Origin: an uncultured Bacilli bacterium
GTDB taxonomy: Bacteria > Bacillota_I > Bacilli_A > RF39 > UBA660
Reading direction: 5' to 3'
Assembly: GCA_947629405.1 (NCBI GenBank)
Contig: CANRDL010000003.1
Span: 11,526-75,525 of the forward strand
DNA length: 64,000 nucleotides
Shown: one piece after another, positions 47,974 through 60,317 of the stretch
Numbering within the stretch: position 1 is the first letter of the stretch
How the letters are laid out: every line of letters starts with the position of its first letter
Program-made: the position numbers and the translations under genes
Notes under the pieces: generated by a model
Told to the model about the DNA's origin: nothing
Database searches by the model: none
What the model saw: the letters and a program-made list of their open reading frames with translations, nothing else

Positions 47974-49962
47974 ATGTGGAATTATTTATACCTTGGTGTT
48001 TGTTTATTCTTTTCAATATTAATAATAATTATATTTAATTCAAAACAAAGAATAGAATCAAAAGAAAATAGTTATTTTAAATCATTAATGTATTCTACTG
48101 CATTTAGTATTTTATGTGAGTTGTTTTTACAAATATATACTTTAAATGCAGGTGTAGAAAATATAATGACAATTATTCTTTCAAGAGTATATTTAATTTC
48201 TATTGTTTTATGGTTTACATATTTTTCAAAATATATATTTTACTTATTTAAACCAGAAAAAAATGAAGATAATTATGATAATAAAATAGAAAAATTTGAA
48301 AAGAAATTCAAAATATGCGATATAATCCATAATGTGTTTTTTCTAATTTCACTTATATTATTTTTGATATTAAAGATTGAGTATTATATAAATGGAACAG
48401 AAATGTATTCATATGGTCAAGCTGTTTCATATTTAAGAATGTGTCTTGGTATATTTATAATTTCTTGGATTATTGTTTCAGTATTTAATTATAAAAAAAT
48501 TTTTAAATCTAAATATAGTCCTATATTTGTAATCGTATTTTTATTACTATTAAATATAATATTACAAAAAATTAATCCTTCTTTACTAATTGTTTCTTTT
48601 ACTTTAATTTTTCTTGATTACATAATGTTTTTTACAATAGAAAATCCAGATTTAAAAATGTTAAGAGAAATGGAACTTGCCAAAAATACAGCTGAAAAAG
48701 CTAATCGTGCTAAAAGTGATTTCTTATCAAGTATGTCGCATGAAATTAGAACACCTTTAAATGCCATAGTTGGGCTTTCAGAAGATATCGCAAGTTATAA
48801 AGAACAAGTACCAAAAGAAGTTGTAGAAGATACCGAAGATATTCAAAATGCCTCACAAACATTACTGGAAATAGTAGGTAATATCTTGGATATAAATAAA
48901 ATTGAAAGTGAAAAAATGGAAATAGTAGAAATGCCATATAATTATGTAGAAGAAATCACAAAAATGGCACGAGTTACAGCAACTAGAATAGGAGAAAAAC
49001 CAATAGATTTTAAAATGAATTTTGCCCCCGATATTCCTTATGAATTATTAGGAGATAAGGCTCATATCAAAGAAGTTGTTAATAATTTACTAACCAATGC
49101 CATTAAATATACAGAAAAAGGTACAATAATTTTAAATACAAAATGTATTAATCAAAATGATAAATGCATGTTAATCATAAGTGTCCAAGATACAGGACGA
49201 GGAATAAAAGCTGAAAATATTAATAAGTTATTTGATAAATTTGAACGACTAGATGTTGAAAAAAATACTACTACCGAAGGAACTGGACTAGGTCTTGCAA
49301 TAACCAAATCATTGGTAGATATGATGGGCGGACAAATAAATGTACAATCTCAATTTGGAGAAGGCTCAATATTTATAGCACAAATTCCTCAAAAAATAAG
49401 TAAGATGATAAATCCAACTTCAGAAAATATTCAACACACAGAAATAAATAATATAGATGAAAAAAAATATGAAAATAAAAGAGTATTAGTTGTAGATGAT
49501 AATAGTTTAAATATAAAAGTAGCAAGAAAGCACTTAGAGAGTTTAGGACTAATTGTAGATGAATGCGATAGCGGACAAAAGTGTCTAGATAAAATAAACA
49601 AAGGTGAAAAATATGATGTAATTCTAATGGATATAATGATGCCAGAAATGAGTGGAGAAACTACATTATCGAAGTTAAAAGGAATGTCAGAATTTAATAC
49701 TCCCGTAATAGCACTAACAGCTGATGCAGTATCCGGAGCTAAAGAAAAATATATATCCGAAGGATTTGTAGATTATATAGCAAAACCTTTTAGGAAAGAT
49801 GAAATAAAAGAAAAATTAGAAAAATTATTTATAGATAGCGAAACTTCAAATAATTCAGAAAATTCAGTTTCTTATGTATTTAATCCTATGGAAAATGAGG
49901 AATATGTAGTAATTAATGGGGAACGAAAAGATTGTGATGAAAATAACAATAATATTCATTGA
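47974..49962 (+). CDS. Hybrid sensor histidine kinase/response regulator with a multi-TM N-terminal sensor
   Basis: About 6-7 TM helices, HisKA SHEIRTPLNAI, HATPase (NAIKYT, DTGRGI, GTGLGLAI) and a C-terminal REC domain (VLVVDDN...DVILMDIMMPEMSG). Confidence 0.85.
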   Translation: MWNYLYLGVCLFFSILIIIIFNSKQRIESKENSYFKSLMYSTAFSILCELFLQIYTLNAGVENIMTIILSRVYLISIVLWFTYFSKYIFYLFKPEKNEDNYDNKIEKFEKKFKICDIIHNVFFLISLILFLILKIEYYINGTEMYSYGQAVSYLRMCLGIFIISWIIVSVFNYKKIFKSKYSPIFVIVFLLLLNIILQKINPSLLIVSFTLIFLDYIMFFTIENPDLKMLREMELAKNTAEKANRAKSDFLSSMSHEIRTPLNAIVGLSEDIASYKEQVPKEVVEDTEDIQNASQTLLEIVGNILDINKIESEKMEIVEMPYNYVEEITKMARVTATRIGEKPIDFKMNFAPDIPYELLGDKAHIKEVVNNLLTNAIKYTEKGTIILNTKCINQNDKCMLIISVQDTGRGIKAENINKLFDKFERLDVEKNTTTEGTGLGLAITKSLVDMMGGQINVQSQFGEGSIFIAQIPQKISKMINPTSENIQHTEINNIDEKKYENKRVLVVDDNSLNIKVARKHLESLGLIVDECDSGQKCLDKINKGEKYDVILMDIMMPEMSGETTLSKLKGMSEFNTPVIALTADAVSGAKEKYISEGFVDYIAKPFRKDEIKEKLEKLFIDSETSNNSENSVSYVFNPMENEEYVVINGERKDCDENNNNIH

Positions 49963-50167
49963 ATCAATCTAAAGTTTAAGTGTCATTGATAGAAAAAAGG
50001 TTTATTTTTAAAATAAAATGCTCAATGCTCACATAAATTTTTATATGATGTATATGGCAAATAAATTGCTTAGAAGATATTATACTTATTTTCTAAATCT
50101 TATTTGTATATTTTATACACTTTAATATACAAAAACTAAAAATTTAATTTAAAAAGTATAGAAATTG

Positions 50168-50196
50168 TTGACAAAGCATAAAATTAAATATATAAT
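50168..50196 (+). promoter_or_regulatory. Consensus promoter of the infC operon
   Basis: TTGACA(50168-73)-N17-TATAAT(50191-96). Confidence 0.7.
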
Positions 50197-50223
50197 TATA
50201 AATGTTATTAAAAAAGGAAAGCG

Positions 50224-50322
50224 ATGTATATCCACCTGATTGAATATATCAATAGGTAAAAAGCCAAATTAAAATTACTAAGTTATGGTTTTTGAGTGGA
50301 TACATTGCGTATTCACTTTTTT
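50224..50322 (+). promoter_or_regulatory. L20-leader-like transcription attenuator
   Basis: Terminator GAGTGGATAC(50294-303)/GTATTCAC(50309-316) plus TTTTTT. The upstream ATGTATATCCAC (50224-35) can pair with GTGGATACAT (50296-305) as an alternative helix. Confidence 0.55.
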
Positions 50323-50340
50323 ATATTGGAGGTGCGAAAT

Positions 50341-50868
50341 ATAGCAAAGTCTAAAAATGATTCACTACTTATTAATGATCAAATAAATGTAGCTGAATTG
50401 ATGGTTATTGGTCCGAATGGTGAAAAAATGGGAATTAAAAATTTAACTGATGCTCTAACACTTGCTAATTATGCAGGATTAGATTTAGTATTGTTAAATG
50501 GAAATTCAACACCTGCGGTAGCCAAAGTTATGGATTATAATAAATATCGATATGAGAAACAAAAGAAAACTAAAGAACAACAAAAAAGACAAAGGGAAGC
50601 AAATAAAGAAGTTAAAGAGTATAAACTTTCTGTTACAATTGATGTTCATGATTTTGAAACAAGAAGAAAAAATGCTTGTGCTTATTTGTTAAAAGGACAT
50701 AAAATTAAAGTTTCAATTAGATTTTTAGGAAGACAAATGGCGCATCCTGAATTAGGAGAAGAAGTATTACTTCGTTTTGCTGATTCTTTATCTGATGTAT
50801 CTGATATTGAACAAAAACCTCGTTTAGAAGGTCGTATAATCCATATGTTATTAGCACCCAAAAAATAG
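50341..50868 (+). CDS. infC: Translation initiation factor IF-3, probable non-canonical ATA start
   Basis: The track ORF starts at GTG 50296, but GGAGGTG(50328-34)-N6-ATA(50341) gives (M)AKSKNDSLLINDQI..., the usual IF3 N-terminus. Confidence 0.85.
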   Translation: MAKSKNDSLLINDQINVAELMVIGPNGEKMGIKNLTDALTLANYAGLDLVLLNGNSTPAVAKVMDYNKYRYEKQKKTKEQQKRQREANKEVKEYKLSVTIDVHDFETRRKNACAYLLKGHKIKVSIRFLGRQMAHPELGEEVLLRFADSLSDVSDIEQKPRLEGRIIHMLLAPKK

Positions 50869-50885
50869 GAAGGAAGAATTTAATT

Positions 50886-51080
50886 ATGGCAAAATGTAAA
50901 CAAAAATCTCATAGCGCTAGTAAAAAAGTTTTTAAATTAAAATCAAATGGAACAGTTAAATATAAAAAATCTGGTGGTAATCATATTACTGCTAAAGATA
51001 GCGCTAAAAAAGTTAGACAAAGAAGAAATAAAGGTACTTTAAGTAAAGGAGACGTTAACAGATTAAAATCTGTTATATAG
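50886..51080 (+). CDS. rpmI: 50S ribosomal protein L35
   Basis: 64-aa basic protein located between infC and rplT. Confidence 0.9.
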   Translation: MAKCKQKSHSASKKVFKLKSNGTVKYKKSGGNHITAKDSAKKVRQRRNKGTLSKGDVNRLKSVI

Positions 51081-51095
51081 TTAGGTGGGAAGAAT

Positions 51096-51632
51096 ATGAC
51101 AAGAGTTAAAGGCGGAACTGTTTCTAAAAACAGAAGAAGAAAAGTTTTAAAACAAGCAAAAGGTTATTTTGGTAGTAAACATAGATTATATAAAACAGCT
51201 CAAGAACAATTATTTCATTCTGGAGCATATTCTTATCGTGATCGTCGTGCTAAAAAAAGAGATTTTAGAAAACTATGGATAACAAGAATTAATGCTGCTT
51301 GTAGAATGAATGATATAAGTTATTCAAAATTTATTAATGGTTTAAATATTGCTGGAGTAACAGTAAATCGAAAAATGTTATCAGAAATAGCAATTGATAA
51401 TCCTAAAGCATTTACAGACTTAGTAACTATTGCTAAAGATGCTTTAAAAAATGGTTCAAAAAAGGAACCTGTAGTTGAAAAAAAAGAAGAAGTAAAAGCA
51501 CCTGTTAAGAAAGAAAAGACTACTGATTTAACTAAGAAAACTTTAGCAGAATTAAAAGAAATGGCTAAAGAAAAAGGTGTTAAAGGTTATTCTACAATGA
51601 AAAAAGCTGATTTATTAACAGCTTTAAAATAA
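51096..51632 (+). CDS. rplT: 50S ribosomal protein L20 with a ~58-aa C-terminal extension (K/E linker plus a Rho_N/HeH-like motif)
   Basis: The L20 core is [25 protein letters not shown]...[16 protein letters not shown]. It is followed by [13 protein letters not shown] and [34 protein letters not shown]. Confidence 0.9.
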   Translation: MTRVKGGTVSKNRRRKVLKQAKGYFGSKHRLYKTAQEQLFHSGAYSYRDRRAKKRDFRKLWITRINAACRMNDISYSKFINGLNIAGVTVNRKMLSEIAIDNPKAFTDLVTIAKDALKNGSKKEPVVEKKEEVKAPVKKEKTTDLTKKTLAELKEMAKEKGVKGYSTMKKADLLTALK

Positions 51633-51640
51633 CTAATTTA

Positions 51641-51670
51641 AAAAGAGAAAAATTTATTTTTTCTCTTTTT
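51641..51670. terminator. Bidirectional terminator
   Basis: AAAAGAGAAAAA/TTTTTCTCTTTT hairpin. Confidence 0.75.
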
Positions 51671-52379
51671 TAGTTGTTGTTTTCTTTTTTGTATTTTTCG
51701 TTTCTTTAAATGTAGCTACTTTTGTTTTTTTCTCTTGAGTATTTTTTGGCGCTTTTTCTTTTTCGACATTATCTGTATTTTCTAAAGGAATTTCTGTAAC
51801 TTTAGTATTAGCTATTAAATCATGAAGGCCTCTTCCTTCTTTATTAATTAAAATAGATAACATTAATATTAATGTAACTCCCATTTCCACATTATATAAA
51901 ATATTATTAACTGTTATGTATTTTTCTTTTGATGCCAAACAGATAACCAAAATATCAGCTATTTTAAATAATATATTATATAAAATTACAGATCTTATTA
52001 AATATTTTTCTAATGATAATTTTTTGTTATTGGCACTTTCCACTTTTAATCGCATGAATTTTTTACCAATTGTTTGACCATTTTTCCACCATTGGAAAAA
52101 TACAAAATAAAGAATTGTTAAAGCAACTGTAATTGTAGTTGTTATAACTGCATCTTTTTCAAGATAATATGCATAATTTTGTAGTTTATTTTGATAATTT
52201 TTAGTAGTTATTTTTTTATCTTGATATTTTTGAACAACTTCAACATAGTTATTATAATCTTTTTGATATTCCTTTATTTTGGGATTTATAAAAGAAATAT
52301 TACTTATTAATGATGCAACAATAGATATAATCATAATATCAAAAAAATAAGCAGCTAATCTTTTTATTTTTATTTGCAT
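51654..52379 (-). CDS. RDD-family membrane protein with a Lys-rich C-terminal tail
   Basis: RLAAYFFDIMI..., GQTIGKKFMRLKV and GRGLHDLIANTKV. The tail is KKTKVATFKETKNTKKKTTTKKEKK. Confidence 0.7.
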   Translation of the reverse strand: MQIKIKRLAAYFFDIMIISIVASLISNISFINPKIKEYQKDYNNYVEVVQKYQDKKITTKNYQNKLQNYAYYLEKDAVITTTITVALTILYFVFFQWWKNGQTIGKKFMRLKVESANNKKLSLEKYLIRSVILYNILFKIADILVICLASKEKYITVNNILYNVEMGVTLILMLSILINKEGRGLHDLIANTKVTEIPLENTDNVEKEKAPKNTQEKKTKVATFKETKNTKKKTTTKKEKK

Positions 52380-52523
52380 TTATATCCTCCTTTAATATAA
52401 GATTATTATACTATATTTATTCTTAAAAATCTATTTTTAACATATAATAAATATATAATTTAAAAAAAATAAAATTTTTTCTTTAAATTTTTTATAAATA
52501 TGATATAATATTTAAGTAATTAG

Positions 52524-52600
52524 CGAGAAGTAGCACAGTTTGGTAGTGCACTTGGTTTGGGACCAAGGGGTCGCAGGTTCGAATCCTGTCTTCTCGACCA
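52524..52600 (+). tRNA. tRNA-Pro (anticodon UGG), CCA encoded
   Basis: Acceptor CGAGAAG/CTTCTCG, anticodon stem CTTGG/CCAAG with loop TTTGGGA, T-arm GCAGGTTCGAATCCTGT and 3' ACCA. TGATATAAT lies just upstream. Confidence 0.9.
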
Positions 52601-52610
52601 TTTAAAAATT

Positions 52611-52635
52611 AAAGCCTATAATAAGGCTTTTTTTT
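52611..52635 (+). terminator. Terminator after tRNA-Pro
   Basis: AAAGCCT/AGGCTTT hairpin plus a T-run. Confidence 0.75.
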
Positions 52636-52739
52636 ATGTTATTATCCCATAGATTAATAAAAATAATTATTGCATTTTTGGAAATATAAATATAAAATAT
52701 AGTTATAAAGATAATTTATAAAATAAAGGATGTGTTTTT

Positions 52740-53045
52740 ATGGTAGTTGGTATAATTGCTTTAGTAGTTGGTATATTGTTTTTACTTAAAGAATATATAC
52801 CTAATTTTAATATAAATTGGAATATTTTATGGCCTAGTGTTCTTATTTTAATAGGGGTTTACAATATGATTAAGGAAAAGAAAGTAACATCTTTTAATGC
52901 TGTAATTTCATTTATTGGTTTGTGGTATTTATTAAATACTATAAATCTTTTACCTGCAAATATAAACAATATATTTTGGCCTTTAATTTTAATTATATTA
53001 GGAATAACTTTAATTATTAATAATTCTAAAAGACGCAGAAGATAG
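52740..53045 (+). CDS. Small membrane protein (LiaF/LiaI-like TM repeat pattern)
   Basis: 101 aa with 4 TM segments and the repeated W..(I/L)WP..LI..G motif. Confidence 0.55.
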   Translation: MVVGIIALVVGILFLLKEYIPNFNINWNILWPSVLILIGVYNMIKEKKVTSFNAVISFIGLWYLLNTINLLPANINNIFWPLILIILGITLIINNSKRRRR

Positions 53046-53068
53046 ATTTTTAATTTTTTGGGGGATTT

Positions 53069-53929
53069 ATGGAAAGAATAAATATTAATAATTTAGAAAA
53101 TATTGACTATTCCCTTGTTAAAACGGGAAATTCTGTCTATTATTGTGCCATTAATAAGTTAAATAAAAAATTGGGCGTTTTAAAGAAAAATAATAATAAT
53201 GATGATGTTAGAGAACTTTTGGGAAGTCAAATATTTGAGCTTTGTGGTGTAAAACACGCTACTATTGAATTAATGCAAGATGATTTTAATAATCATTTTG
53301 CTTTTTCTTATTGGGTACTAAAAAAAGATGAAAAACATATAAGTATTTCCGAACCAAATATGAGTCATGAAAAAAAAGATAAAATATACTTAGAATATTT
53401 TCGTAAAATTGCAAGACAATTAATGTTAGTTAAAGGAATTTCCCACATAGAAGTTAAAGAAATAATTAAAACTATTAAAAATATTATTTTAGTTAATTGT
53501 TTAATAGAAAATAGTAATTCTAAACTAGATAATATGAAAATTATTCAAAATATAAACTCTTTGCGTTGTTTTTCCCCCATTGCTTATAATTTTGGTTCTT
53601 GTTTTTCCAATGGTAAAAATAAAAGTGGAATTTTTTCTTATTTAAGTACAGAAGAAGTTTTAAATTCTTTATTTTATTATGATTATAAAGATATTGATAA
53701 AACATTAAGAAATATAAAATTAAAAATAAATAAAGAAAAGATTAATGAACTTTTTAATCAACCATTTGTAAATTTTTCTGACAAATCCGAAATTAAAGAA
53801 AGATTTGAATTGAGAGTAAATAAAATAGTTAGTAATTATAATAGTCAAGAAAAAAAACAGTTTTTAAATTATGCTAAAAATATATTAAATGTTCAACCAA
53901 CAAAAGAACAAATTGCCAAAAATAAATAA
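53069..53929 (+). CDS. Hypothetical protein (possible degenerate HipA-like kinase fold)
   Basis: RBS GGGGGA. LIENSNSKLDNM...FSPIAYNF is laid out like HipA LxGNxDxHxKN...SPxYD, but the catalytic Asp and His are replaced. Low-confidence motif match only. Confidence 0.5.
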   Translation: MERININNLENIDYSLVKTGNSVYYCAINKLNKKLGVLKKNNNNDDVRELLGSQIFELCGVKHATIELMQDDFNNHFAFSYWVLKKDEKHISISEPNMSHEKKDKIYLEYFRKIARQLMLVKGISHIEVKEIIKTIKNIILVNCLIENSNSKLDNMKIIQNINSLRCFSPIAYNFGSCFSNGKNKSGIFSYLSTEEVLNSLFYYDYKDIDKTLRNIKLKINKEKINELFNQPFVNFSDKSEIKERFELRVNKIVSNYNSQEKKQFLNYAKNILNVQPTKEQIAKNK

Positions 53930-53980
53930 CTTTAACTTGCGCAAATATATTAATTTTAATATAATTTTTTTAGTGATAAT

Positions 53981-54634
53981 ATGAAAGTAAAAAAGTTGAA
54001 AATAATTTATGAAGATAAAGATATTATAGTTATTAATAAACCAAGTAAAATTTTAACTATCAAAGATGATCAAGGCTATAAAGATTCTTTGTACGAACAA
54101 GTTAGTCTGTATTTATATCGAAAAAATAAAAATAATAAAGTATACATTGTTCATAGACTAGATAAAGATACATCAGGATTAATTGTTTTTGCCAAAAATC
54201 AAGAAACTAAAAACTTTTTACAAGAAAATTGGGATAAACTAACAGTTCGAAAATACAATGCTATTTGTGTTAATAATTTTCAAAAAGATTTTGGAAGTAT
54301 AAAAAGTTACTTAAAAGAAACCAAAACTTTTTTAGTTTATTCAACAAAAAATAATGAAGGAAAATATGCTCATACAGATTATCATGTAATTAATAAAAAT
54401 AATCAATATGCCTTGGTAGATATTGATATTAAAACAGGACGAAAAAATCAAATCCGGGTTCATTTAAATGATATAAATTGTCCAATTATGGGTGATAAGA
54501 AATATGGAAAAAATAATAAAGCACCATATTTAATGTTAAATGCCAATTATTTAAAATTTATTCACCCTAAAACAAAAGAAATAATGGAATTTACTATAAA
54601 AAACCCTTCTTACTTTGATAAATATATAAAGTAA
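53981..54634 (+). CDS. RluA-family pseudouridine synthase (no S4 domain)
   Basis: HRLDKDTSGLIVFAK and TGRKNQIRVH. Confidence 0.85.
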   Translation: MKVKKLKIIYEDKDIIVINKPSKILTIKDDQGYKDSLYEQVSLYLYRKNKNNKVYIVHRLDKDTSGLIVFAKNQETKNFLQENWDKLTVRKYNAICVNNFQKDFGSIKSYLKETKTFLVYSTKNNEGKYAHTDYHVINKNNQYALVDIDIKTGRKNQIRVHLNDINCPIMGDKKYGKNNKAPYLMLNANYLKFIHPKTKEIMEFTIKNPSYFDKYIK

Positions 54635-54693
54635 ATCTTTATCTATTACGATATTTTTGTTATAATTAATTATGTAGGAAAGATGGTATTAAA

Positions 54694-56780
54694 ATGGATT
54701 TAACAAATTTAAATAAACAACAAAAAGAAGCAGTAATGCACAAAGATGGTCCCTGTCTTGTTATGGCCGGAGCTGGTAGTGGAAAAACTAAAGTTTTAAC
54801 ATCCCGCATTGCTTATTTAATTGAAAGTGGAATACCTTCTTATAATATTTTAGCTATTACTTTTACTAATAAAGCAGCAAAGGAAATGAAAGAAAGAGTA
54901 AATAAAATAATCCCAGATAATAATTGTTTTATTGGTACTTTTCATTCATTAGGTTTAAAAATAATTAGAGAAAATTTAGAAGAAATAAATTACAAACGCA
55001 ATTTATCTATTTTGGATAGCGACGATATTTTAAGTTTAATTAAAAAAATAATGAAAGAAGAAAATATTGATTCTAAAGAGTATTCTCCTTATTTCATTAG
55101 AAATAAAATAAGCTTTATAAAAAATGAAATGTTAACTTCAGAAGAAATTACTAAGTTTTTAACAAGTCCACCCGAAAAAATAGCTATCAAAGTATATAAT
55201 AAATATGAAGAAATATTAAAGAAAAATAATTCGGTTGATTTTGATGATTTACTAATATTGCCCGTCAAAATTTTTCAGAGAAATAATGATATATTAAAAC
55301 ACTATCAAAATTTATATAAGTATATTTTAATAGATGAATATCAAGATACTAATGAAGTGCAATATAAATTTGCTAAGTATTTAGCTTCCAATCATCAAAA
55401 TATTTTTGTTGTTGGTGATGCTGATCAAAGTATATATGCCTTTCGAAATGCTAATTATAAAAATATTTTAAATTTTGAAAAAGATTACAAAAATACTAAA
55501 GTTATATTATTAGAGGAAAATTATCGTTCCACAAAGCCCATTTTAGATGTGGCTAACTGTGTAATAAAAAATAATATAGAAAGAAAAGAAAAAAAATTAT
55601 GGAGTAAAAAAGAAGAAGGCCCTAAAGTAAAATATATTAGAAGTTATGATGAAAAGCATGAGATAAAATGTGTTATAGATGAAGCAAAAAGATTACACGA
55701 TAAAGGAATTTCTTATGATGAGATGGCCGTTTTATATCGAACTAATGCTCAGGGAAGAATTGCTGAAGAAATGTTTTTGTCTTCCAATATTTCATATAAG
55801 ATAGTTGGCAGTTACTATTTTTATGCTCGTAAAGAAATTAAAGATTTAATATGTTATCTAAAATTAATATTAAATACCGATGATGATATAGCATTAAGAA
55901 GAATAATAAATGTTCCAAAAAGGAAAATAGGTCCTAAAAGTATTGAAAATTTAGAAAAAGAAGCCGAATCAGAAAAAGTCAGTATGTTTGATGCTATCAA
56001 AACAGGAAAAGAATTAGAATTCAAAAATCTAATAAATGAATTAAAAAATGATAGTGAAGATTTATCTTTATCAGAACTTATTGATGAGGTATTAGAAAAA
56101 TCTGGTTTAATAGATGAATATAAAAATGATAATTCTTTAGAATCAGATATAAAAATAGAAAATTTAAGAGAATTTAAAAGTATTGCTGTTTCTTTTGAAG
56201 AAGAGACAGGAAGTGTCTTGTTAGAAGATTTTTTAGAGTCTATTGCCTTGATTTCCGATATGTCTGAAAGAAAAAAAGATATTGCTGATTCAATTACTTT
56301 AATGACATTGCATAGTGCTAAAGGATTAGAATTTAGAGTAGTATTTTTAATTGGGTTAGAAGAAGGTATTTTTCCGCATATTAATTCTATAATGGAAAAT
56401 AATATAGAAGAAGAAAGAAGACTAATGTATGTAGGAATTACTAGAGCCTGTGAATATTTATACTTAACTAATGCCAAAAGAAGAATGTTATATGGTAAAG
56501 ATTGTATAAATGCTCCTTCGAGATTTATTAAAGAAATTGATAATGATTTACTGGAAGTAGATAATGAAAATATTTTTGAAGAGAAAAAATTAGATATTAA
56601 AGAAGTTTATTCGAAAGATAATAACGAAATAAAATGTGGAGATATAATAAATCATGAAAAATATGGAAAAGGTGTAGTTGTCGATGATGATAAAGGAATG
56701 ATAACGGTTGCCTTTAATAAAAATATAGGTATAAAAAAATTGTTAAAAAATCATAAAAGTATTGTTAAGGAGGAAAAAAA

Positions 56781-56784
<4 letters not shown>
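54694..56784 (+). CDS. pcrA: ATP-dependent DNA helicase PcrA (UvrD family)
   Basis: AGAGSGKT, DEYQDTN, VGDADQSIYAFR, TLHSAKGLEF and a C-terminal Tudor-like tail. Confidence 0.92.
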
Positions 56785-59724
<2,940 letters not shown>

Positions 59725-59814
59725 AATATAATTATCCTATTTATATTAGTTAAAAATAATTGCATGATATAATATAATGTAGTATAATTATAGTGCCTTA
59801 AAAGGAGAATTAAA

Positions 59815-60306
59815 ATGAAAAAATTATGGAAAAAATGGAAAAATTTTTATAGAAATAATAAGGTATTAGCAATGCTTATTATAATAATTATAATATGTTT
59901 TATTGTTATATTTATGGCTTGTTTTCAATACTTTTTTATGGGAATTGCTACCAATAAGTATGGTGATAGATTAGATCCTATTAAAAATGTTAAAATTTCA
60001 AATTCAAAGCAAGATTCAATTGCTAAAAAATTAAAAGCAACCGAAAAAGTAAAAAAGGCTTCTGTAAATGTTACTGGTAGAATTATTTATGTAACTATAA
60101 TTACTGAAGATTCTGCTTCTATTGAAGAAGGAGAAGGTATTGCTGTTACCGTTCTTGATATGCTTTCTGAAAAGCAAAAAAATAGTTATGATATTCAATT
60201 TTTCTTAAAAAATGATAGTAAGGAAACAGGTTTTTCTTTAATGGGTGCTAAAAACATTAACAGCAATGCAATTTCTTGGACAAATAATACGGCTGAAAAT
60301 GCTTGA
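59815..60306 (+). CDS. Hypothetical membrane-anchored protein
   Basis: RBS AAGGAG. N-terminal TM segment and a ~110-aa soluble domain (KKASVNVTGRIIYVTIIT). Confidence 0.55.
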   Translation: MKKLWKKWKNFYRNNKVLAMLIIIIIICFIVIFMACFQYFFMGIATNKYGDRLDPIKNVKISNSKQDSIAKKLKATEKVKKASVNVTGRIIYVTIITEDSASIEEGEGIAVTVLDMLSEKQKNSYDIQFFLKNDSKETGFSLMGAKNINSNAISWTNNTAENA

Positions 60307-60317
60307 GGTGAGTAAAA

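Noticed and set aside
52601-53980. Integrated mobile element at the tRNA-Pro 3' end
   Set aside because: I found no integrase, recombinase or excisionase gene and noticed no direct repeat of the tRNA 3' end. Only two small orphan genes precede housekeeping genes.
55854-56477. 207-aa minus-strand ORF inside pcrA. Similar shadow ORFs lie at 9008..9355, 11054..11260, 15199..15513, 17087..17284, 19824..20030, 23537..23755, 26183..26395, 34549..34878, 35728..36024, 38469..38678, 39599..40021, 44315..44527, 46362..46628, 48746..48937 and 59538..59765.
   Set aside because: All lie antisense to, or out of frame within, genes with clear family motifs. Their translations are Ser/Phe/Ile-rich mirror images of K/E/N-rich coding sequence.
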